Below, piece by piece: positions 1 to 12,662 of a stretch of DNA of 64,000 bases (positions within the stretch are counted from its first letter, which is position 1; each line of letters opens with the position of its first letter). The stretch covers positions 54,403 to 118,402 of the IMG/VR virus record IMGVR_UViG_3300028797_000006; one strand, 5' to 3'. The position numbers were made by a program, and so were the translations under genes. The notes under the pieces are model-generated. The model had not been told where the DNA came from. It ran no database searches and worked only from the letters and a program-made list of their open reading frames with translations. Source of the stretch: a virus. Its lineage: Duplodnaviria; Caudoviricetes.

Positions 1-125
1 AAAGATATTATAGGATATAAATTTCCTTTTGTCAAGTACCAGACTACCAAATTGATTAACTTGTTATTTTCGAATTAATTTTGATTCAAAATGAAAATCA
101 AATTAGTTATCCTCGCACTTTTCTT

Positions 126-1418
126 TTAATGAATGTACATATTGAATAAAAGTTCAAATTGCTGCCAGTTTACGACAAACAGGTTATCTTCAGCTCTAGT
201 TAGCGCAACATAAGCAATATTCAAATCCTCAGTACAACTAATAGTTGTATCAATAACGATTACATTCTTATATTCAAGACCTTTAGCCTGATGAATTGTC
301 GAAGCCTCAAAGTATCCCGCATCAGTAATGTATTTAACTTGTTTGTTAGTTCTACAAAGAATCATAGGTCTATTACTCATAAACTTTTTAAACTCTTCAA
401 TCAAGTTAATTTTGTGTTCAATGCCGTTCTCCATTTTAATACTTCTACCAAATGGATTGACGACTGTTACACTACCACCAGGACCACGAGCGCAATTAAT
501 TGCACTAGCCCTTTTTCACATAATTTCAGTGATATAGCAATCTTCTTCCATCATTGCATTTTCGCGCTGTTCAAGATAAACAGTAGTGGCATAATCAATT
601 ATCTCTTGATAACTTCTATAATTACACATTAACTTATATTCTTCAAAGTCCTCTGTCTTATCGAATACTTCACCATCTGCACCTCTAAAACAGAAGATTG
701 ATTGCCAAGGATCTCCAACGAAGAATTTCTTTTTAGCATTAACCTTTTGGAATAATTCAAACTGCACTTCATCGACATCTTGATATTCATCGACAAAAAG
801 CGCATCAATATTATTTATTTCCTCGTCATAAGTATTGAGAACATTATAGAGGTAAAGAGGATAATCTGTGAAATCATAAAGTAAATTATCTCTCTTGTAA
901 CGAATATATCTGTTTTCAAGCGCCACAAGAGTTCTCTTATAATTATCCTTGATATCCATGTTCTTATTTCCGCTAATAAAAGAATAAAGAATATCAATAT
1001 TTATATTTTTAATCTTTGAATGAATTATATAATCATCAACTAACTCTTGAAGAATTGATTTAATTTGCCCTTCTTGAAGTATTTTAATCTTAAACCCGTA
1101 TTTAATTGCGAAATCATTAAGTAATGTGCGGGCTCATACGTGGATTGTAGTAACATCAACATCAAAGATACCCATTTGTTGAAGGCGAGTTTCCATTTCA
1201 GCACGGGCTGCGCGAGTATAGGTGATCGCGCAGATTCTATCATTTATGTTCTCAAAACGATAGGCTGAAACCGCACTTAATATTGAGAAAGTTTTTCCAG
1301 AGCCAGCAGGTGCGCGCACTAAAATATTATCACTCTTGGAAGTGACAACCTTATATTGTGACTCATCTAATTTATCTAATTTTAATGTAAAGTTGTTGGC
1401 TCTAGTGATTTTTTCCAT
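126..1418 (-). CDS. UvrD/PcrA-family SF1 DNA helicase (TGA=Trp, 430 aa)
   Basis: Three same-frame ORF pieces joined across TGA at 1134 and 516; Walker A APAGSGKT, VDEYQD, VGDPWQSIF.FRGAD, NYRS, TIHQAKGLE, YVALTRA. Confidence 0.92.
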
Positions 1419-1927
1419 TCTTCTAATCTCTTTTCATAATCAGCTTCAATATCTTCAAGATGTGGATCGGTTTCAATATATTTGGATAAGAAATCGGCTG
1501 TAGCCAAAGCATTATGCATAGAAAGTTTTGAATCTTCATTTGTATACATATCAAGCATTGAAGTTAAATTGTCGTCTCCTTCAACTTTTTTCTTCATCAT
1601 TTCAACAAATTTATCTTCATATGGTAAAGATTCAACTAAGTCTTGAAAATTAACAATTAAATCAAACTTATATTTCTTAGGCATGTTGCCAATAATAATT
1701 AAATCATTCTTTTCTTTTTCTGCTAAATCATAAACTTTTTCCGCGCTTAAAATACTGTAAAAAAGCGCGTATTCTCAATTCTTTGCTAACTTTGTAACTA
1801 TTGTATAGTCCATGAAAGAAGGCATTGAAAAGCAATTATCTTTAGCATGCGCAGTTAGTCCTTTATAGACACCTACGCCCATATATGTATTTTTTTCATC
1901 TAAAGGCATTAAAACTAAAATCTTCAT
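1382..1927 (-). CDS. hypothetical protein (TGA=Trp)
   Basis: MKILVLMP start at 1927 is in frame with the 1382..1684 ORF across one TGA. Confidence 0.75.
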
Positions 1928-1929
1928 AA

Positions 1930-2409
1930 TTAATCCTCCAACTCCTGACGAGCACGGACTGCAAGCGCATCAACATAAATATTTCATTTATTGTCTGCGT
2001 GTCCTTTGACTCGAATAATTTCAATATCGAATTTTTCTTTTAACTTAATATAAAGGGCAATAACTCTTCCCCATAAATCTTGGTTTTTAACTGGTTGGCG
2101 GTCAGAAGTGCGCCATCCGTTTTTTAACCACGTAACATATCATTTATCATTGAAAGTGCGTTCAACATAGGCACTATCGGTATAGATTTTTACTTTTGTA
2201 AAGCGTGTTTGAATTGTATTAATGTTTTCAAGTGCGGATAAAAGTGCCATAATTTCCATTCTATTGTTCGTGGAATATGGTTCATATCCTGTCTTTTCAT
2301 CAATAATTTGCCCGTCTTCAAGACAAATCGCGGCCCAACCGCCCATTTCAGTTTTAGAGGAGAAAGCTCCATCTGTATAGAACTCTAATAATCTACTTGG
2401 TAGCATCAT
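1930..2409 (-). CDS. rnhA: ribonuclease HI (TGA=Trp)
   Basis: YTDG, TNNRME, YTDSAY; read-through gives [14 protein letters not shown] and VKGHADNK(W)NIYVDALA. Confidence 0.92.
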
Positions 2410-2862
2410 CTTTTGAGTCCTCCTTTTCATCGCATAAAGTAAAGAATAAATCTTTATATTTAATCGTAAAATTAAAGACATCATTTACTGTCTTATAATT
2501 AACGGCTTTTTTCATTAAAGAACGACTAGTTTTTATACCCATTAAATTTGAAGGAACATCTAAACGCCATTCACGTTCTCTTCTATCAGATTGAGTTAAT
2601 AAACCGAAGAAAACCGCGCATCCAACGTTAACAATAGATAAGAAGTTTACTATTTCTTCATCTGTTGCGTTACCTTCACCTTCAATATCGACAATATAAT
2701 GAACTGCTAAAGGGTCTTGGGATATAATTTGAGATAATGCGGTTTCAAAAGCTTTTTTAGCTTCAGAAACAGCGCTATTAAAGTTAATCGTAGCGCTGAT
2801 TTCTTTTGTTGTATATTTAAAATCTTTAATAATTTTATTGTCTACTAAATTAATGAACAACA
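2393..2862 (-). CDS. hypothetical protein
   Basis: ORF overlapping both neighbours; likely start MLFINL. Confidence 0.65.
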
Positions 2863-3437
2863 TTTTCTTTCTCCTGTTCTTCAACTTTCCTGAGATACGT
2901 AAAAACAGCGACTTCGCCCCAAACATCATTATAAGCATTATGTGCGTGATGTAAATAATAACCGGCTTCTTCGCAGAGGTCTGTAAGAGTTAAATGCTCA
3001 TTGCGCTTCAAAATGCGGCGTGCATTCGTGAATGTGCAGTAGCCATCAATTGGTTGGTCATTATAGGTATTAAGATTGAAACCCGCTTCTGTAAGGACAA
3101 TGCGGTCATTCTTGAGGCCATGACTTATAAGAAGCAATTCATTTAGAGGAATTATCTCTAGGTCATCTTGAATTGTCGCAATAAGGTCGCTTAATGGTAT
3201 TCCATTTTCTGAAAGGAAATTATTTGTAATTGATGTATATTCAGCAAAAGGATAACAAACTTGTTCAGTTACATATTGATTATAACTGCGCATTAGTTGG
3301 TATGTATCAATGTCAATGCGTTTAAAAAGAAGTCCAGCAAATTGAACGAGATGATTAGTGCTATCTTTTGTATTAAAGAACTCCAGGTCTATGAAAAAAA
3401 GATATGGATGATTCTCATTATAGGCTTTTATAATCAT
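2850..3437 (-). CDS. DEDDh 3'-5' exonuclease (DnaQ-like)
   Basis: FIDLEF, SHGLKND, HAHNAYNDV motifs. Confidence 0.8.
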   Translation of the reverse strand: MIIKAYNENHPYLFFIDLEFFNTKDSTNHLVQFAGLLFKRIDIDTYQLMRSYNQYVTEQVCYPFAEYTSITNNFLSENGIPLSDLIATIQDDLEIIPLNELLLISHGLKNDRIVLTEAGFNLNTYNDQPIDGYCTFTNARRILKRNEHLTLTDLCEEAGYYLHHAHNAYNDVWGEVAVFTYLRKVEEQEKENVVH

Positions 3438-3564
3438 TAATAAATTTCCTTTCTAAAATTACATTATAGTATAAGGGTCGAAATTGATTTAGTCAAAATA
3501 GGATAATTAAAGTTGGATTTGTGATTTAGAAGGATGGGAAGTATATTTTTTTGAGGTAAAATGC

Positions 3565-5340
3565 ATGAATAATTCAAGTTATATTTGAAAAGATTTTACA
3601 AAAGAAGACTTAAAGGCTTGGATTTTAGCGAATACAGACATTAAAGACTGGAATCATTGCCATAATATAGAATTAGATGAACAACAATTAAAATCATTAT
3701 GTAGTGCAATTGGGTGCGTCAGTATAAGTCCAGAGAATATATGGATTTATTTTTCTGATACAGTCAGTCCGCAACAATGATGAATTGGTACTGAAGACGA
3801 TAGCGCGATTACATTAACTTTTCCTGATACTTGTAAAAAAGTTAAAGGAGAATCTTTTAATAACAATTTAAAAAGAGCAAAAACTCGAGGAGTTGAAGAT
3901 AATAGCGAAGAGGGAAATATTTTGATATTAAGAAATATCAGAAGTGTTAGTTCAGCTTCAGATGCTCGAGGATCATATTGTCAGACGCCAAATGAATATA
4001 CTTTTTTAAGTTATATAGGTTTTACTGATAATAATATTTCCGCAACAAGCACGACTAATGGAAGTAAATTATATACAAAATCTTATTTAACAACACTAGG
4101 AAACTACGGAATAAATGGTAAACAATTTAAAATTATTACTTACCTAGATAATCCACCAGTTTATAATGATAATGAAGGATATCATTTTTACTATAAACAA
4201 AATTATGGTAATAATGCAGATACAAATAATTCTAAAAAATATAGAGATTGAGCAATTAATAATACTTCGATGGATATTGTGTGACACAATTTTACGTCTG
4301 GAGGAGGGTCTACCTCATCTCCTACAGTTACTAATGTCACTGAACAAGGTTTTGATCTAATTATTGGTGGTTCAACAACTCATTATATTAAAAATGCTTG
4401 GCAAGATGTATATGTTCTTTGTAGAGAAGCACCTAGCTCATATAATGGATGATGATCAGATAATGGTAATCAACCTCATATAGCGAGCGAAAATGAAAGT
4501 TATGCAGAAATGTTATATAGAACATATGGAACTTATATGGGAATTTTTCATGTTGGACAACTTACAGATAATTGAACAATGCCATTAATTGTTATGACGC
4601 CAGGAAAAGGAGGAGATAACCCTAATGTAGATGCAGACTATATTATTGATTGATATTATCCAACAATGTCCTATAAAAAGAATAGTGATAATACATGATA
4701 TAATATTAATGATAATATTTGATTAAGAAACAAAACAGTAGACTGAAAATCGGAAACACAATGAATAAATTGTCCTCATCAAAATCAAACTGTAGGAATA
4801 GCCCATTATAGTTGAGGATTTGCAGCAAGAAAAAAGAATACAAATAGAAAACCAGTAGAGTATGATACGCATATACTTGGCCCTGATAGTGATTATGCTT
4901 ATAATCGTGGTCGTTGATATGCGGTAGAATTTGATACATCAGGAAGAACTTATTGTATACAGTTAAATGTTGGTTATTGATCAATAAAAGGAATAAGCGA
5001 AAGTATTGCAAGCTCAAAGAGTACTACATTAAATTTTTCTTCTCTGACAGCCTACCATATGAGTTATTGAAATAACACATGACATATGGGTCCTTATAGT
5101 TCACTACAAGCGATAGTTACCGCAGATAAATTATTTCCAGGCATTTTTAAAAATAAGACAGTAATTAATGAAGAATTTTATAAAAAGGGTGCTTTTGATT
5201 GCGACACAGGTTATGACAACGAAACATTGGTAACTTTAGGCATAAGATCAGATGAGAGTGAATATGGAAAATGTCTATTAAAATTTGAAGGGAATAATAA
5301 TAATGGTTATGCAGTTATTTTGATAGATAATAGATCATAA
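3565..5340 (+). CDS. large Asn-rich hypothetical protein, possibly virion-associated (many TGA=Trp, ~591 aa)
   Basis: GAGG RBS then ATG at 3565; fragments 3922..4251 and 5086..5340 are in the same frame, interrupted by TGA; terminator follows. Confidence 0.7.
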
Positions 5341-5342
5341 TA

Positions 5343-5366
5343 AAAAGAGACCAAGCGGTCTCTTTT
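5343..5366. terminator. bidirectional intrinsic terminator
   Basis: AAAAAGAGACC-AAGC-GGTCTCTTTT between convergent genes. Confidence 0.75.
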
Positions 5367-5385
5367 ATCTCAGTTAAATTTTTAT

Positions 5386-5649
5386 TTAAAATGGCCAACG
5401 ATTAAATAAAAAGTCAAATAATGATTCCGCATCATTAATCGTTGTATGGAAATAACCATAATCTTTAATAAAATCTTTTAGAAGTTTCTTATAATTATCA
5501 AAAGCTTCTTGAACTTCTTTTGCTCTTTTAGCACGGACTTCTTTTTTAGCCTTTTCTTCTTCTTGCGCCTTGTTTAGGGCGGCTTCTGCTTTAATCAATG
5601 CTTCCTCAGAATTATAGAGTTTTTGTGTTTTTTCGGAATAATACTTCAT
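5386..5649 (-). CDS. hypothetical coiled-coil phage protein
   Basis: GGAGG RBS upstream of MKYYSEKTQKLY. Confidence 0.7.
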   Translation of the reverse strand: MKYYSEKTQKLYNSEEALIKAEAALNKAQEEEKAKKEVRAKRAKEVQEAFDNYKKLLKDFIKDYGYFHTTINDAESLFDFLFNRWPF

Positions 5650-5844
5650 ACTTTCTAACCTCCGTATGTTTAATGCGATCCTGTTCGCTTTATAAGTATC
5701 GGCCTGAGACACACCGAAAATAAACTATTTAATTCGTCGAGACCTACGGTTACATTTAAGTAGCTAGAACCGGTCTATCTTAATGAGCCACAACTCAAGA
5801 AGTTCACTAGTTTTTGTTTGTTTGTACTGTGACTAACGAATAAT

Positions 5845-5941
5845 TGGCACGGGTTGTAGGACTCGAACCCACACCTACCGCTTTGGACACGGAATCTTTA
5901 CGGTTTTGAAGACCGCTGTGCTGCCATTACACTAAACCCGC
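5845..5941 (-). tRNA. tRNA-Trp(UCA) opal decoder with ~23-nt expanded variable region
   Basis: GCGGGTT/AACCCGT acceptor, G73, CCA; anticodon arm GCGGT-CT TCA AA-ACCGT; T-arm GTGGG TTCGAGT CCTAC; acceptor resembles the phage's tRNA-Trp(CCA). Confidence 0.9.
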
Positions 5942-5956
5942 ATATTTAACTATTAA

Positions 5957-5985
5957 AATATAGTTAAAGTATTTTTGTTTGTCAA
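5957..5985 (-). promoter_or_regulatory. sigmaA-type promoter for tRNA-Trp(UCA)
   Basis: TTGACA-N17-TATATT immediately upstream of the tRNA. Confidence 0.65.
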
Positions 5986-5986
5986 G

Positions 5987-7717
5987 TTATTTTTCGAATG
6001 ATGATTTTTCTGGGAAATTAGTTTCAAAAAATTTATTTATATTAGCTCTTGTTATATCTTCTTTAATTGAAGAAACTTTTGTATCATTTAAACAGACCAT
6101 TTCTCTGTTCCTTACACAATCTCAAGGAGTATAACTATTTAATTCAAAATAATTAGATTTTTGATAAATTCTAGGTTTCTTTTTACTGACTCCTTGATAT
6201 TTCATACTATCAATAAACAATAAAGATGGAACGACATTCTTTTTATGTCTAAAACGTGAAACTTTCATAGCATCTCAAATTTCATCCATATATTTACTCA
6301 TAAAATCTATTTCATAAGATTTTAATCGTCCATCTGGTAAATGACTATAGTAAATATAGTTACTTCTTTGTCCGCAAATATTTTTTATTAAGAACTTAGT
6401 AGTATTATTTACAACAGAAGATCAAACGCCACTACCATTACCTCAATTTGCAGACATAGTTCCGGTTTCTCCATAATAAAGTGTATCACCTTCAAAGAAC
6501 ATATCCCTTGGAATAGGATTCATAAAATAAAAGTCATCATTACAAACAATAAAATGATTACTTAAATCTTTAATTCTATAATAGAACGTTTCAATAACTA
6601 ATGTACTAAAAGTTGGTAAAAACTCTTCAGGGATGAATTCATCATGATACACAATTCTAAGTTTCGGACATTCTCTATTTAATCATTCAGGTAATTGACT
6701 TTCTCTTTGAACAACTAAAAATACTTTATGTACTCAAGGACAATTTTTTTCAACACATCTAAATCAATATTTAAATACGCCTCAATCACGAGTTCTTTCA
6801 GTACCAAAAGCTTGAATATTAGAAGCATCTTGAATACCTTGATCAATTTCTAATTGTCTATATTTATTAAAATCTGCGCGTCAATTTTCATCATTAGGAT
6901 TAACTCATGGTACAATAATATCAATGTTTTCTCCGGTATTACAAGATTCTAATAAATCAATACGCTCTTCTTCAAACTGATTGAATCTCTCTAAATTAGA
7001 TGGCATATTTACTCCTTGAAAATCTAAAAATTCATTAATAGATAAATTTTTATCATCAATATAAAAATCTGCATTTGGTTTACCAAATCACAATTCGTCA
7101 TACTTAACGCCATTTTTATCTAATCAAGCACGTGTAATAGCATCATATTTAGCTATACGCTCTTCTATTGTTTTACAACTTTTTGCGCCACGAGCAGTAG
7201 AAAGAATAATCTTTCATCCTTGATCATGGAAACGATTAATTTGCTTAATTGTTTCAACAAGAGGATAAGAATTTTCAAAATCTCTATTTTTTGTGAGACA
7301 TAAGGTGTCATCAATATCTATACAAAGTGTGTTATATCTTTCTCTACTTTTAAGATATTCCTTTTCTTTTGTTGTGCTGATATTTGGGGTACGATCTAAA
7401 AAAACTACTTGAGCAAAAGTTTTTATACGATCAATATCATGGTATCCTTTATATTCTGAGCCACAAGCAAATATTTGGACATGTTTCAAATAACTAAATT
7501 TATCTTCTTGTGAGTAAAGAGGCACTACTTCATCGACATATCTAATGCTTAAAAGAATTTGTTTACGTTCTTCATATGAATAAAAAGGAATTTTGCCTTC
7601 AGGATTTACATTTACACCTACAACTAAATAATCGCCTAAAGCTTTAGCTCTGCGCAATAAACTAATATGTCCGTAATGTAGAATATCAAATGTTCCTGTT
7701 GTAAATACCTTTTTCAT
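5987..7717 (-). CDS. three-domain fusion: TagD-like cytidylyltransferase + HAD phosphatase + Stealth-family phosphotransferase (TGA=Trp, 576 aa)
   Basis: GTFDILHYGH; DIDDTL..STARG..FGKP..YIDD; IDIIVP(W)VNPND, P(W)VHKVFLV, HDEFIPEEFLPTFS, NDD; one frame with TGA interruptions. Confidence 0.85.
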
Positions 7718-8061
7718 TATCGACTCCTATGATATCTTTTTGGTTTTCTAGGTTTCTTTTCTTTTCTTTTATACGGGACTCAGCCTTTATTATATCCCGT
7801 TTCAATTGTATTCAACTTCTTAATCCAGTATTCCTCGCGCTCATTAAGTTTTGCTATTGGGCATAACTCAATTACATCTGCGCGAAAATTACGCCAGTCA
7901 GTCTTCCAATCTTTTTGCATATCTTTATTTGGATGATGACCCTTATAAAGTGCATTAATATGCTGTTTACATCTAAAATATACGTTCTGACTTTGCCCAA
8001 CGTATATTTTATTTTTCTTAAGGTTAGTTATTTTATATATTCCAGATGTTGGAAGCGTCAT
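7717..8061 (-). CDS. GIY-YIG nuclease (TGA=Trp)
   Basis: SGIYKI..YVGQS..R..E..GYN; read-through ends at a TAA overlapping the next ATG (TAATG). Confidence 0.85.
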
Positions 8062-8063
8062 AA

Positions 8064-8348
8064 TTAATGATTAAGTTTAATGACTACAGTCCAAGTTTCT
8101 GGGCGGACAATTTCACCGCTCTTATTAATCTTACCGGCTTTATATTTCTTTGTTGCAGCAGCAAATAAAGGATTTTGACGTGCTTCATTTACTTTTTCAT
8201 CTGCATCATTTTCGTCTTCATAGACGTATGTTTCTTTTGTTTCGACTACGAGCATGTGTCCGCATGTATCGTCTTCTGCCTTCATTTCAATCTTTGAGAG
8301 ATTGATGCCGAGGTTTTGAGCATAACTTGGTAAATCTTCAATTCTCAT
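8064..8348 (-). CDS. hypothetical protein
   Basis: 94-aa ORF with RBS. Confidence 0.7.
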   Translation of the reverse strand: MRIEDLPSYAQNLGINLSKIEMKAEDDTCGHMLVVETKETYVYEDENDADEKVNEARQNPLFAAATKKYKAGKINKSGEIVRPETWTVVIKLNH

Positions 8349-8384
8349 TTTATAAGTTTCCTTTCAATATAATTAAGTATAGAA

Positions 8385-8963
8385 TTAATTTTTGATGTTG
8401 TCAAGATAAGTTACTTCGGTCTCTTTGTATTTATTAGCTAAGAACTCAAGTAATCATTTTTCCACTTCTTTAGTAAGAACTCCAAAATCACTTAATCCTT
8501 TTGGTTTTTTGGGGGCATTGTTACATACAAAGAAAATTGCAGCATCGTCACAATTTATTGATAATTGAAATACAATATAGAATCGACCATCTTTTAATTC
8601 TTGATAAGCAAAGCCACCGACTTTATATTTGTCATCTATCATAATATCATTATAATCGCTACGAGCATTAAGGCCCTTATCTTTTAATTTATTAACTATA
8701 AAATTAGGGAACTCATGACAGAAATTATGATCTTTTTGCATAAAAATACCACTGATGTCCCCAACAGAATGTATGATTGTTCCGCCATTACGTCCGATAT
8801 TATAGACGGGGATACCTATATGAAGCACTTTATAATCTTTTTCAGTGCCAATAGTAATGATTTCTTTGTCATGGACCCCATAAGATAAATAGAAATCATT
8901 AGGATCTTTTAAAGAACTACTTAATCTATTGATTAATTGTTCAAAATTTCCTTTATAAATCAT
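8385..8963 (-). CDS. lipoate-protein ligase-like (BPL/LplA/LipB fold) (TGA=Trp)
   Basis: GRNGGTIIH..GDI and NDIMIDDKYKVGG resemble LplA motifs. Confidence 0.65.
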
Positions 8964-8974
8964 ATTATTCCTTT

Positions 8975-9499
8975 CTATTTTCCCGAACTACCTAATTTTC
9001 CATCTTTGCGCGCACTTTTCTCGCAAGCTATATCTCATTCAGCTTCGCCAATAGGCATAACTTTTACTACTGGCATCTCAACAGGGATAAGTTGCGCGAT
9101 TGCCTTAGATGCAGGATAGAATAAAATTGGTCCTGTATAATCATCAGATACAAACATTTTATCTACATAAGCCTTATCTACTGAATTAGTGATAATAGCT
9201 GGATAAGGGTTGTCGTTTTTTAAACAAATGAAAATTTCTCCCCTATAGTCCTTATCACAAACACCGCAATGAACGTGGAGTCCTTTACTGCCAGTTGATC
9301 CGCGATCGAAGGCCATTAACCAATAAGGTCCTTCAATAACATATGCTAAATCAGTCTTAAACATATGTTGTGAATGTGGTGGCATAACAACATGAGTTTC
9401 TGTTGTATAGATATCATATCCGGCCGCATCAGGTGCCTTAGTTGGCGTAATAGCTAATGAGCTAAAATGACGCCATTTAATTATACATTTTTCTTTCAT
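8975..9499 (-). CDS. dut: trimeric dUTPase (TGA=Trp)
   Basis: AAGYDI, RGS, GVCDKDYRGEI, IAQLI; motif 5 RKDGKLGSSGK appears only after TGA read-through. Confidence 0.92.
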
Positions 9500-9508
9500 A
9501 ATTTCTCC

Positions 9509-11146
9509 TTAATAATGAATTAAACTATCTCTATTCATATCAGAATTCTCTTCAATAAAATGATAGGTTGTTGGTGTAAATTCATAGGCAGGAATAATTA
9601 GCTTGCCTTCTGCTTCATATTCTCCTAACGCGCCTAAATTTAAACTATCTAACTGAGATAACTCTAATTGTCCGCCAACAATAGTACCATTATTTTTAGT
9701 ATAAACTGTTAACATTCCTCTACAAAAATCAGGTCAGTTTTCTTGTCTCATAAAATAAGCATTGATTTTGAAATCCTTATAAAGGTCTCATATTTTATTA
9801 TAAAAAGTATCTATAGACATTATTTTATAATTAACTTGTTCTATATCATCTAAGGATATAGTTTTTCTAAAATGTCCGTTTAGTGCTATATCTTCTATAG
9901 AACTTCCAACTGTATTTTGTAAATCTTCTTTTACCATGTTCGCACATCTACGAAAGAAGTTGTAACTTATATTTTTTAAAGTATTTTGCACAATTGAGTT
10001 ATCTGTAATAATTGCGCCGCCCTTAATTGCATCTGTTGCAATTAATTTTACTGTTTCAGATAGTGGTTTGATTGTTATAAAATTTCCAATACTAACACCA
10101 ACTTGAATCTTTTGAGATAATAAATTTTTAATTGTTTCAATTAAATTTTCATATTTATTTTTTATTAATTTACGTTCATTAAAATTTTTATTACTCATAT
10201 CTAACTCTACAGCCGTCTGTAATTTCTTTTTATTATCAATTAAAGTAATTCTAAATAAATCAATTAAACTCTTTACGCTTCCATGTGTTGTTTTCATTTG
10301 CACGAATTTAGTATGATTTTCAGGTCATTGTATTCTAAAACCATCTTGTGTATGAGCCATAACATCTTGCATCTCTCTAATAATTTTTTCAAGATGTTTT
10401 GAAAATCATCTGTCTATAATTCAATTAATTTGACTATTAGTAGTATCACCTGGTACTTTAGTAATACCAACAAAAACCTCTGCAATTAATTGTGCTAAAT
10501 TGTCTTCACGATTTTTCATACGCATTTCTGCTTGTAATTTTTCAGTGAAAACTTTTTGTAAATCTCTAAAAGCCTGAGTAGAACCTCGCTCAATAACAGT
10601 TCTCATTTGAGAAGGAGACATTTCTCTATTTAATACGTTTCCCTCAGTCGAAACCATTGCTTTATTTTGACCACCCATACTCATGGCTAATACATTATAT
10701 CCTAATTGTGTTCCATAATAATAAATATGCATTATTTCAGCAATATTTAAACGTTCTTGATCACTGTATTTTGTGCCATTTTGAAGCATATATGTTTCTT
10801 CACTATTAGCACGTTGTTTTTGACGAACTTCAAGTGTTGTATAGCTTGTTGTAAATCATTTCGCGGCAAAACGTTCAAAATCATTTTTGGGAATTCCAAA
10901 ATATGTATCATCATAGATTTCAATTACTATTTCATTTAAAGCATGTTGTAATATAAAAGATTGAAATTTTGGGTTTTCATAACTTTTATTACCAAAAAGA
11001 GACTCGTCCAATCATCCTTTGCTTCTTCCTCAAGCACCAGAAAAGTGGGCAAGCGCTCTTTTATACGTTCCTTTATCATTTGTCGCTTGTCCTATATATA
11101 ATGTTGTAGGGTCGTTTTTTGCATATATATGATAAATATAATTCAT
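9509..11146 (-). CDS. large protein with N-terminal GIY-YIG-like domain (TGA=Trp, ~545 aa)
   Basis: MNYIYHIY..LYIGQ..R..H..E..GYN; three same-frame ORF pieces. Confidence 0.65.
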
Positions 11147-11157
11147 AATCTATTTTT

Positions 11158-11316
11158 AATGCTCTGGCGCCAAGTCTTGAAACGAGGCCCTATTCGGATT
11201 GTTCTGCCGCTCCTTAAAGTCATCAGAGCTATACCGTTTTCCGACGCGCATAACCCCTTGAGTGGGCCTAAGTCTCTTATCCTACCACGAATCGAGGCAT
11301 CACCCATTCCAGAGCA
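11158..11316 (-). ncRNA. putative structured RNA or 5' leader
   Basis: GC-richer, ends pair (TGCTCTGG/CCAGAGCA), internal AGGCCC/GGGCCT stem, TATAAT just upstream. Confidence 0.45.
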
Positions 11317-11334
11317 ATTAATTATACTATTTTT

Positions 11335-12405
11335 CTAGTCGTGTAGCAAAAGCCAAGAAAGGTCTTTTCCTACGCCTTCTTCAAGTTGTTTAACAAAATT
11401 ATTCCAAGTTAATTCTTCAATAGTAAGCCCATACTTCGGCATATCATTTCTTAATGTCATATAGTATTTTAAACGCACTACCATAGTAGTTGATTTAAGT
11501 TCTTCTTCATAATTGTTTATGATTTCAAACATAAATTGATACATATTATAAACTCTCTTCTTTGTTTCTTCTTCTGTATCATTAAATTCTTTTAACTGTA
11601 AGAGGAAGAAAGTAAAGAATAAATCAACCCAAGCCAACTCTTTCAGTCTAGTATTCATTGGCTGTTCTTTTTTAAGTTTAATTAAAAGGTTTCTATTACA
11701 CATTATATAATCATGGTTATTCCAATAAAGATAATCCCTATTATCGTGGTTCCATTTTGAAGTAACGCTATCTGGATTTCTTACCCATAAATAAGTAAAA
11801 TAGTTACAATGAATTTGAGTTTCTTGTGGAGCTAAAAGCGCAACACACTTACCAAAGAATGTATCTTCGAATGTGCGAAGTCCTGGCAAGAATCTAATAT
11901 TATACTTTTCTAAAAAACTACGTCTGAAGACTTTTCCGTGCATCCAAATCATAGTTGGTTTCTCATGTTTAATTAAATCATAACCTTTTCCATCTGCGGC
12001 AATATGCTCTTCATAAAAACTACTTGAAAGTAAATTAAATTGCTCTCCTGTTTTTACGTTATTCACGCGCATCGCATTAAAAAGATTAAGTAGTGCTGTG
12101 CAGTCGAATAAACGGTCGTCCGCATCACAGAACATTACTAATGGATTTGATGTGTGGTCTAGACCTCATTGACGCGCCATACCGGCTCCGCCATTTTCTG
12201 GGGTTTCAAGATATTGAATTGGATAATTAAACGACTTTAAAAAGGCCTCTGATAGTTTATGGTCTGTATGGTCATTTACAATAGTTACTTGAAAGGCTGT
12301 ATTTTTAACGCCTACTTGGTTTTCGATTGATGTTAGAAGAGGTTTAATCATCTCTTCGGATTCTTTGTATTGAGGAATAATTATATCGAGATGTTCGAAT
12401 GTCAT
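11335..12405 (-). CDS. family 2 glycosyltransferase (TGA=Trp)
   Basis: DIIIPQY, IVND, NGGAGMARQ(W)G, FCDADD, FED. Confidence 0.88.
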
Positions 12406-12662
12406 AAAATTCTCCTTTATATATTATTATAGGGAAGATAAAAGAGTTTGATCAAAAATGAGGTATGGGAATTCTAAAGGAGAGATGCGGTTTTCGAAGG
12501 GCAATGAGCTTCTCAAAGCGCAAGCGGCTTACGTAGTAAGCCAAGATTGAAGTATTTTCCAGAGCTCATTTTCTTTCCTGTTTTCTAACCATTCCATGTA
12601 AATTTGATTTATAGAAGTTTTCAACTTAAAATAAATTGTATAAGTAGGAGTATATATTTTAC

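Noticed and set aside
5845-5941. tRNA-Sec interpretation of the UCA tRNA
   Set aside because: 7/5 acceptor/T geometry and short D-arm, Trp-like acceptor, and TGA sits at conserved Trp positions
11215-11250. Hammerhead ribozyme (CTGATGA near GAAA)
   Set aside because: Required stems I-III could not be formed convincingly
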